A stretch of 62,891 bases of DNA, counting the filler, from Cercozoa sp. M6MM (lineage: Eukaryota; Protista; Endomyxa: Ascetosporea), in the NCBI GenBank assembly GCA_040357565.1. It is 10 parts of 10 records of this genome, joined end to end, with 100 filler letters (N's around TTAATTAATTAA, not from the genome) between each part and the next. Parts side by side here need not be neighbours in the genome. Positions count along the whole stretch, not along the records: positions 53,625 to 58,145 come from JBDODJ010001117.1; positions 58,246 to 62,891 come from JBDODJ010001091.1; 8 more parts are not named here. The stretch is one strand, 5' to 3'. A program made the translations under genes and the position numbers. How positions within the stretch are numbered: position 1 is the first letter of the stretch; every line of letters starts with the position of its first letter. Shown in pieces: positions 53,674 to 62,891 of the stretch. The notes under the pieces are model-generated. The model ran no database searches and had not been told where the DNA came from. It saw only the letters and a program-made list of their open reading frames with translations.

Positions 53674-55529
53674 CTAGCACGCCAGTGACGACAAACTTGG
53701 CCGTCGGGAACATGTCGGTCAGCATGCCCATGAAGGGAATCGAGCCGCCCTCGCCGTAGAAGCGCGCCGTGTCGCCGCTCGGGAAGAACTGCTGCGAGCC
53801 CTTGTTAAGGATCTACACCAAGGGGGCATACGGGAGGGTATAGGGGTAAGGTAGGGGTATAGAGGTAGGGCAGGGGGATTGGGGGGTTGGGGACAGGGAG
53901 CACCTCCTCGAGCCAGTCGTGCAGCTTGGGCATGGCCCAGCCGTCGCCGCCGGCCGTGTCGGTGACAGTGACCTTGGCGCCATAAGGAGCCGGCGTGTTC
54001 TCCAGGAGTTCCTTGAGCGCCGCGATACCATCGGCGCTGCGCACGGTAGGCGGCAGGCGCACCGACAGCTTGGCCTTGGTGACCGGTCGCAGCACGTTGC
54101 CGGCCGACGCACACGGCGGCAGACCGTCGATGCCCGTGACACAGAGTGTCGGACGCCACGTGCGGTTCAGCAGCATCTCCGACAACTGCGTCACCTTGTC
54201 CTCCTCCGACTACCAAAACAGGTATCTGTCGGGGGGGGGGGGGATATGGGGCAGGGAGCTACCTCGGGTGTGCTATCACCGCCCACCGGCTTCATGCCCT
54301 CGACGAACGGGAACTCCGAGTGCACGACCTCACCGATCGTGGCAGCCTACGCCCAACCAGTATATGCGCACCCAACGTATCTATCCACAACTGAAGGAGG
54401 GTACAGCCTCACGCGCGTAGCGGTGGTGCTCCTCCGGAATCTCGGTGCAGAACTTCTCGTGCATCTGGCCCGTGGTCTGTCCGCGCGGAAGGCAAGAGTC
54501 AGTTCAGTAGTACACCTAGAGAGGGAGAAAAGGTACCGGGTTCTCCAGGCGGTCCAAGAGCTGTCGCAGCACGCGGAACGACTCAGGCACGATGCCCGAG
54601 GCCGAGCCCGAGTGCACACCCTCAGTGAGCACCTCGACGTTGAGGTTGCCCATGGCGACACCGCGCAGCGACGTCGTCACCCACAGCTGCGTGTAGTTGC
54701 CGGCGCCGCTGTCCAGGCAGATCTGTCGGGCGGTGGGGGGAAGGGGGTAGATGACAAATGTAAAGGACAGGTAGGGGGTAAGGGAGGGCAAAGAGAAGAG
54801 GCAGGATACGATGAGCGACGGCTGGCCGATACGCGGCGCGAGCGACTGCACGTAGTGCTCGAGGTCCTCGCGGCCGCTCTCCTCGGCACCCTCGACAAGC
54901 ATGACGATGCGCGCGTGCGGCACGCCCTGCTCCTGCAGCGCCTTGATGCACGTCATGGCCGAGAACATCGAGTAGCCGTCGTCGGCGCCACCGCGGCCGT
55001 ACAGCTTGCCGTCGCGAATCTCGGGCGTCGTGGCATCCAGGCCGTCGAACCACAGCGACGCGTCCAGCGGCGGCTGCTTGTCGTAGTGGCCGTACATCAT
55101 GACGGTCTCCTCCGTGTCCACAGTGCCGGCGATCTCAATGAAGATCAGCGGCGTCAGGCCCTCCTCCTTGATCACCTCGACCGAGAGACCCTGGATCTGC
55201 TGCGACTTGATAAAGTCGAGGTACAGCTCCACCACCTGCTCCTGCAGACCGTTCGTCGCCCATTCCGGATCGTAGTCCGGCGACTGGTTCGGAATGCGAA
55301 TGTACTCCTGCACACACCAATCAAACGGGTACAGAAACACACAAACACACCTCACACATTACGGTCACAATCACAGAAACGAAAAAAAAAAAACTGGATT
55401 CCGATCCAGTTCCATTTTGCAAAACACACACGCACGAAAGCCAAGTCGTCAGGCTACCTGCAGCTTCGGGATCACCTCGCCGTCAATCTTGGCATCGACA
55501 AACGTCGAGAGCTTCGAGGTGTCAACCAT
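53674..55529 (-). CDS. M20-family metallo-dipeptidase (DapE/CNDP-like), 3' partial
   Basis: EYIRIPNQSP, MMYGHYDKQPP, GKLYGRGGADDGY, EGAEESG, CLDSGAGNY, TTSLRG, GVHSGSASG, AGNVLRP, LSVRLPP, GEGGSIPFM. Confidence 0.93.
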
Positions 55530-55898
55530 GATCGTTCTTCTTGTCTGGATAAACCACAAAAACAACAATTTCAAAAACAAAAACAAAGAACAAACAGAAA
55601 AAAACAGAATCGCACAAACACAATGCGCAACTACTTGCATTGCAGCTGGCCATGGCACCAGAAGAACCACTCGGAGTACTAAACCCACCTGTCGATAGCA
55701 ACTACGAGCTAACCAACCAACTTGCTTTCGCATTTGTTTGCTCCGGCCCAAACATACGATTTTTCTTTTTACTATACCGGCACTCCGTGGTTTGAGTGCG
55801 GATGCCTGCGTTTACGTGCTATCAGATGTGCCCGCAGTCAGTTCATTGCATTCGTAGTAAAATTCGGTGCAAGACTTCTCCCAAAGCGATCACTTAAA

Positions 55899-57140
55899 AT
55901 GAGCGAAAAATGGGACCGTATCGTCGCGCAGATCGAGCAAGATGAGGAGCGCGACAAGGAAGAGTAGCACAAGTATATGAGTGTGCGTCACTCCTGCACA
56001 CAAAGTGATATGTCCGAATCTCAGGGCAAGATTGCGGAGTCGCGAGCGATACGAAGCAGCCCAGGAGGTGTGTGTGTGTGTGTGTACTGATTCAAGGTCA
56101 GTAAAACATGGTCAGTCCTCTCCCTGCCCTGAGCAGCAGCGAGTCGAGAAATGGCGGCAGCGCCAACTAGCACAGGGACTGTCGCCTGAGCAGGTCGAGA
56201 AGGAGCGCGTGCGACTCCAGCACGAGGCGTCGCAGCACCGGTGCGGACTGAGTGCTTTCCACAGTCTGCACCAGCATCAGCATGAGCAACATCAGCAAGA
56301 GCAAGGTCAAGAGCAGCAGCAACAGCTCAGCGAGGCAGAGAAGCGAAAGCTCCGCATCGACACTCTCGTTGAGTCGCGTAGAGTCGCCAATGCTTTCTTC
56401 GCCGAGCACGAGGACGAGAAGGCACTCCACGTCTACGAGAGAGCACTGCTGTACTGCGAGGCCGTCGAGGCCGATCTCTTGTTGCACGGTACTGCGCTTC
56501 TCTTTCCTTCCTTGTGACAGCAGTGCTCTCTCGTAGACTTCTATTGCTGACAAGCACAGGCAACTCTGGCATGAGCGAAAGCGAGTTGGAAACCTACCGC
56601 ATCGCACTGCACGCCAATAGCGCCGCATGTCTGCTACGACTGGTCTACCCCCCCCCCACCCCTTTTCCTCCCTTACTTCCCCCTTACCTTCCCCCTTACC
56701 TTCCCCCTTACCTTCCCCCTTACCTTCCCCCTTACCTTCCCCCTTACCTTCCCTTACCTTCCCCAGAACCGACTGCGCCAGGCCATCCAACAGTGCGAGA
56801 TTGTGCTGCGACACGATGCCACACATGTCAAGGCGCACTACCGCAAGGCACAGGCACTCGCCCGACTGCGCGATGATGAGCCTGCCTTACGAGCCTACGA
56901 CCGGGCGGCTGCGCACTGCCAGGACGGCACACTGCGCGCGCAGATCGCACGCTGCGCCTCGCGACTTCGAGCCAGAATTGTACACTCTACTGTTTGCACT
57001 TTTCTGTAGACTACCATATACAACTGTATTCCTTTGAGTCGAGATGTCGGTGCTTGTGTCTGCGGCAGAACAAGGAGTCGCTCCAGCGACATCAACGGGC
57101 ACACCGCATGCGCCAAAAACTCTGCGAATCTTCGAACTGA
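55899..57140 (+). CDS. TPR-domain protein (FKBP/TTC9-type three-TPR clamp)
   Basis: ANAFF....EKALHVYERAL, ALHANSAACLLRL, CEIVLRHDATHVKAHYRKAQALARL; ends MRQKLCESSN*. Confidence 0.8.
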
Positions 57141-57539
57141 AGAAATGTGCATTGGAACCAGTACGGTGCGTGTCACCCCTCCCCGGCAAACGTGTATCGT
57201 ATGTCGTGTAAGTTCTGCACCAACCATGAAGTCGACTTCGGTGTCTACATAGTTGGTTTTCCTCGAAGACTATGTAAGTTCCTTCAGTTCGTTTGGTTGA
57301 AAGACGTCAGCTAGGGTGCCTGTCGAATCAAAGGTTGGGCGGATGCATGCCCTCGGGGCTGTCGTTGATGTGAGATGAGACCAAAATAACCGTTCGACCG
57401 GACAGTACAGCACCGATAGGCAGTAACACGATGATACAGACGACGACCTGAACGTTGCGCTTGTTTGCACACCGTGGGTTTATCCTCGCGCAGACTGCAT
57501 AGTTTGAGTCTGCCTGTGCAAGTATAATCTCTAACCCAG

Positions 57540-58118
57540 TTGTTCCACTGTCTGGTCTCGAGCTCTCGGTAGCGTAGGGACGTTAATAACTTCCACCTCA
57601 CACCTCTCTTCAGGGTTTTGTAAGCCAAGTTGTATTGGGTTGCTTCCGCGCGAAAACAGTAGTTCCTGTGTATCAGACTTCCAGTCAGTCAGTAGGTTTC
57701 GTTTACGGTAACACACGGACCGGATTGCAACAGGTGAATTCAGTGATTCAGTTATTTGAAACGCAGAGGCTTGGACAGACGCGGCCACGGCTCGGCGTAC
57801 TTCTCGCATACGCCCTGGCGGGGGGGGGGGAAGTAGGGGTACGGGAGGGAGAAGGGGGTGAGTCGGTAGGGGGGTAAGAGTGCATACCTCGGTGCTGAGC
57901 AGGTGCGTGCGTGCCTGCAGAAAGTGTCGGTGGAAGCACTGTCCACATCGAGGACACCGAATCTGCGGTCGCTTCAGCAGTGTCTCATAGTACTCAACGT
58001 CCAGGTACTGCAGCGAACGACTTTGTTCGCTTGCGTCGGTCAGACACGCCAACACTCGCTCCGGCGACAGCAGAAACTCGCTCAGAAAACTGTGCCAGTG
58101 CTTCTTGTTCTTGAAGCT
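57540..58118 (-). CDS. Fragment of a hypothetical protein with a CPRC...H..H zinc-finger-like motif
   Basis: Exon KNKKHWHSFLSEF...IRCPRCGQCFHRHFLQARTH followed by GT-AG exons; ends unclear. Confidence 0.35.
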
Positions 58119-58258
58119 ATTTATTCCAAGGGGGTAAAGAGGGGCNNNNNNNNNNNNNNNNNNNNNNNNNNNNNNNNNNNNNNNNNNNNTTAATTAATTA
58201 ANNNNNNNNNNNNNNNNNNNNNNNNNNNNNNNNNNNNNNNNNNNNCTGTGCACCTCAG

Positions 58259-58948
58259 GAAACGCAAGACGGTTGAGTTTCTGTCCGAGACTGACACCCT
58301 GGTAGACTTGTCTCTACCCCTTTACCCCCTCCAACCGAGGTATGTGTGTTGGCAGCAAGGTTCCTCGGCGTCCAGTGACAACACCGATGTCACTAATGGG
58401 GTATCACTCTGATACCCCCCCCCCCCCGTTGCTCATACCCCGTTACCCCTACCTTACAGGGAGAGGTGAGCTTGCAAATTCCGACGGCCGACGCCGCCGA
58501 CATGCCGCTACTGGGAGAGCATGTAAGGCAGCATGTATACCTATAACTGTGTACCTATTTATAACCATACCCATACCTTTATGTACCTGTGTACCTATAT
58601 AACCTATATATACCTGTAGGTACCTGTATACCTATATGTACCTGTACCCCAATAAATGTAAACCTGTGTATACAGGAGGACCTCGCCGTGGAGGTCGACT
58701 CGATGTACGGCCTGCGGTGGTCGCACACGGCCAAGTGGTACCCTACCCTACCCATGTACCCTCCCACCCTACTCCCTGGTGCAGGTACGAGAAGGCACTC
58801 TTCGTTGCCGAATGGCCGGTGGCACTGGCGCGCTGGTGCACTATCCCGAGTGCCAACGCCGACACCTGGAACCGTCACCGCCGCCTCTGCTCGGCCGTGT
58901 CGCTCGTGCTGTTCGGTGTGTTGCCCTCCCCACCGCCCNNNNNNNNNN

Positions 58949-58997
<49 letters not shown>

Positions 58998-59864
58998 GCA
59001 ATCGGACTGGCGGCGGCAACGCTTTTTTGGAAGACGACGAACGACTTTGCGCCGCCGCGCTACGCGCCGCTGCTGCTGCTGGTCGGCTTTCTGGCTGCCA
59101 TCTGCTGGTGTGCCCTTCCGTATTGCCCCTCCTCTCACCCCGCTGTCACCTCCCCCCCCCCCTGACAGGCTGGAGATTGTGGCCGGCGAGATTGTGGCGC
59201 TCATGCAGTCGATCGGCATCATCTTCCGCGTCAGTAGCGGTCTGCTCGGCATGACTGTGGTAGGCCTACCCTCCACCCCCCCCCCCTGTATGCCCATGTA
59301 TCTGACTGTCTGACTGACTGACTGTCCCAGGTGGCCATTGGTAACAGCGTGGCCGACCTGGCCGCCAACACAGGCGTCTCTCGCGCCGGCAAGGCCAACA
59401 TGGCCTTCTCGTCGTGCTTTGGAGCACCGCTGCTGGCCATCTTGGTGCCTGCCTGTCTGCCCCTGTCTATATCTATCTATCTATCTATTTTACTTGTCTA
59501 TCTTTATGTCTGTCTGTCTGTCTCTCTATCTTTGTATGTATCTGTACCTATCTATATCTCTTTGTCTATCTATCTATATCTATGTCTATCTATCCATCTA
59601 TCTATTCTCACGTGTATGATGTGCACGCAGGCCGGCATGGGTCTGGCGCTCATGATTCAGAACATTTCGCACTTCCCAGAGCCGTACCCGGTGCACGTAG
59701 ACGGCCAGATGCGCCTCGGGTGGGCCGGCATGGCACTCACGCTGCTGGTCAACTGCGTGGCCATGCCGGTGGCGCGCTTCCAGCCCAGCAGGCGACTGGC
59801 CGGCGTGCTGGGCGCGGCCTACGTCTTCTTCTTTGTCGCCGCCATCGTCGTCGAGTTCGCATGA
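58259..59864 (+). CDS. Cation/Ca2+ exchanger (CCX/NCLX family), C-terminal part
   Basis: P..LARWCTIP, AGEIVALMQSIG, alpha-2 repeat LLGMTVVAIGNSVADLAAN...MAFSSCFGAPLL, terminal TMs. Confidence 0.9.
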
Positions 59865-60289
59865 TGGTGACGTGCCGGTCGAGTCATCGATCGCATCATC
59901 GCACGCGATGCATTAGTCATCGGAGCAGAGTCGACGGACTACAGGAAATTAGATGCATGCATATGATACGACTGGCTAAGAAATCGAACGAACTCGACTA
60001 TGCTATTCCCCCACCCTGTCACTCGCAGTCCTAGATGGTCACTAGCAGGCACACCACCACGCAACAACCGGCCCAGAGTCACAAGAGCATGCGTGTCTAC
60101 CGACCGCTTGGGGTAGGACCATACAACTCCCCATTTTGACAACTAAATCGACTTTATGGTGGTGCAGGTAGAGCGGGCGACGAGGCAGGCGGCGTCGGGT
60201 CGTCCCGCCCGTCCCTCCACTCGATAACTAAACAAAAACAAACAAACGGACATAGACTTTGGGCCATCACTGCAATGAGTGGTGGCGTA

Positions 60290-60715
60290 GTCTATGTCGG
60301 GGACCTTCCGGTCCAGTTGTTGGTCACCTCCTGCTCATGTGCGGCCAGTTACATTATAGGAGTCGCACAGGCAGAGGGGGGGGGGGGGGAGGCAAGAAGG
60401 AAAGGCTACCCTCACACGGTCGGACAGTGCGGACATGAGCATCGTCTGTGCGGGTGACTGCCGCAGCAAAGACTCCAGTAGAGACACCATGCCCTCGCGC
60501 GACTCCATGGCCTGCTTGGCCTTCTCCTGCTGGCAGGCTGATCTGCTGTTGAGCGTTGCTAGATTCTCAAGGTTGGCCAGTATGTCTTCAATTGTGTGCC
60601 ATTGAGCCGAATTGGTGGTGTTTCTGATAGCTTCCGTTACCTTGTATTCCAGCAATCGTATGGCTTCTACAATTTCCCAGGTACACGCGCAGTCGCCATA
60701 CGACCACTGCAATTC
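60290..60715 (-). CDS. Small hypothetical helical protein
   Basis: About 100-codon exon bounded by an AG after a (TG)n tract and a GT donor; no motif recognised. Confidence 0.3.
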
Positions 60716-60750
60716 TGCAGACCCGTGTGTGTGTGTGTGTNNNNNNNNNN

Positions 60751-60799
<49 letters not shown>

Positions 60800-60961
60800 T
60801 GTGTGTGTATGTGTAGTCCGCCACGTCGATGACCTATTCTACTAATGTCGTGTACATACCCAATCACTGCCGCTACGATAACGGAAGCAAACTGAAAACG
60901 GCATGTGTCGACACTATCCAGCCACCAGGGGCGCCAAGGCGGTGGCTGGGAGGCGATTCAG

Positions 60962-62643
60962 TTAACTAGAGACACCGGCGAGCTCGGCGGTGCACGCCAG
61001 GACGGCCTGCGCGAGGACCTCCAGCTGGAACAGGTGAAGTTTGTCGATCGTGTCCTCGACATTGTGGCGCCCTGCAGGAGAGGGTGTAAACAAAAAGGCA
61101 CTGTAAATTAGAGTAAAGTTGGGCACACAAACAGCTGCAGGGCAAAGAAACAACGACTGACTCGGAGTGACTTACACGGGTAGGCGTGGCACGACTCAGT
61201 GCTGCCGTGCAGGCCGATGGCGTCGTAGTCGTTCTCATGCCACGCCTGTTCCACGCAGCATGCATGATGTACACCAGTAGACTGAGAATGGCTGGGGGGG
61301 GGACGGGGGCAGAACGTGAGTGGGTGAGGCAAGAGTAAAGTAGACGTACGGCATTGGCCGTGTTGCACTCGGGAGTGCTGTCGACCGTGAGGCCCGGAAT
61401 GTACTGCCAAAGTCGCAGCATCACAATCATACAGTTTAAAGTTTGCAGAGACAGTCACGCAACAGGCAACGAGGACACTGTACCAGATCAACGGCATTGA
61501 CCACAAAGTCCACGAGACTGTCGGCATAGGCGTACGGGAAGAAGCCGAGCTTGATCTCGCCGTACTTGTCGGCCGTGTAGCCGAACCCGTCGAGGCCAAT
61601 GAACTAAAATGTACGTACCATATACTTTATAGACTGAGTGAATAAAGGGCCCAGTACGGCATGAATGTCCTTGCCCTGCTCCTTGTAGTACTTGGCCAAG
61701 GCACGTGAGCCAAAGTAGCCCTAGCAGTGTTAACATCGGCACAATATCGGGATAATACGACCGGACAGTGAGATCAGAAAGCAGCGAGTGCCGCGGTGAG
61801 CCAACCCAGAACGGGACTACGACTACAGGAGGTGGTACCTGCTCCTCGCCCGTGTAGAAGTGGAACTCCACGGTGCGCTCCAGGCGGTGCGAACTGCGAG
61901 CCAGCGCGGCCGCCAGAGCGAGGTTCACGGCGACGCCGGTGCCGTTTTCGTTGGCGCCCGGGGCACGGCCAGTCTTGTCCCACACGTTGTGGTTCTGGCA
62001 GTCGTAGTGCGTGCCAATCCTGCAAGCAGCAGTAGTGGGGGAGGGGGTACAAGGGGTGCGGGGGGGGGTAGGAGACAGACAGAGCATGGACAGTGTGGTA
62101 GGTGTGGTAGGTGAGGCAGGTGGTGGTGACAGGTGACAGGAGATATCGCTGTGAGTCACAAGAAGGACAATGACAGAGAGTAAGTTACACGACAGGCGAC
62201 AGCGAGTCGTTCGTGCCCTGCAGGCGCGCCACGACGTTGTTGGACATGTCGAAGCGAATCTTGTGCGCCTCGACCGTCAGACGCGGCAGCGACTTGAGTT
62301 CGTCCTTGATGTAAGCCTCGGCGTAGTGCACCTCGCGGCTGTAGGAGTGCCGCGTCGGGATCTCCGTCAGCGACCTGAGCGTCGCGAGCTGCGCCTGCTC
62401 CGACAACTCCGGCGACTCCAAGAGCTCCAGCACGCCTGCGCAGGCAGCAGCAGAGCAGTATCATCTCTCATCCAGTGCTAGTGCGAGTCGGAGTTGAGGT
62501 GAGGTGCCCAATCGGCACGAAGAGTGTGGACTGTGGAGGTACGCTCATCGCGCGACACGGGCGCCGGGAACTCCTTGCGGTCACGCGTCTTGACGCGGCT
62601 GAACAGCGTGTTCTTCAGCTCGTGGGCCACGGCCTCCGGGCAG
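60962..62643 (-). CDS. M28-family aminopeptidase-like protein, 5' partial
   Basis: NVVARLQG, IGTHYD, RAPGANENGTG, VEFHFYTGEEQGYFGS, GLDGFGY, HNVEDTIDKL. Confidence 0.87.
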
Positions 62644-62675
62644 CTAAGAAACAGAAAGGCGCCCGGTGGTATCGT

Positions 62676-62725
<50 letters not shown>

Positions 62726-62735
62726 NNNNNNNNNN

Positions 62736-62784
<49 letters not shown>

Positions 62785-62891
62785 CACACAGGCACACAGT
62801 CACACAGTCACACAGGCACACAGGCACACAGACACAAACACACACACACACGCGCGCGCGCGCGTACACACACGCACACACACACACACAC

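Noticed and set aside
53919-55682. 587-aa plus-strand ORF (also 3751-4824)
   Set aside because: Antisense shadows of the GC-rich M20 peptidase and NhaB coding sequences.

Overview
Intron-rich eukaryotic (protist-like) nuclear DNA, not prokaryotic. The window is ten unrelated contigs joined by an artificial N-TTAATTAATTAA-N spacer, so adjacency across spacers carries no meaning. Genes have short GC-rich exons and GT-AG introns packed with micro- and minisatellites. Gene models were spliced by hand, so internal boundaries are approximate. Recognisable genes: a bacterial-type NhaB Na+/H+ antiporter, a phage/bacterial-type GH19 hydrolase with a Cys-rich N-terminal module, a degraded IS630/Tc1-like transposase, MRE11, an ankyrin protein with a possible pseudokinase, a SET-MYND methyltransferase, a mucin-like membrane protein with four 8-Cys domains, a secreted GULLO/ALO-like FAD oxidase, a WD40 protein, a STE20-like kinase, NDUFS8, a 4-exon metallothionein, an M20 dipeptidase, a TPR protein, an NCLX/CCX exchanger and an M28 aminopeptidase. 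Most notable: (1) a membrane protein with two separate Cache sensor domains; (2) a Cys module shared by the GH19 enzyme and the mucin-like receptor; (3) intron-containing bacterial-type genes; (4) a tail-anchored non-RD kinase with a very long activation segment; (5) a protein built from a tandemly repeated three-exon cassette.
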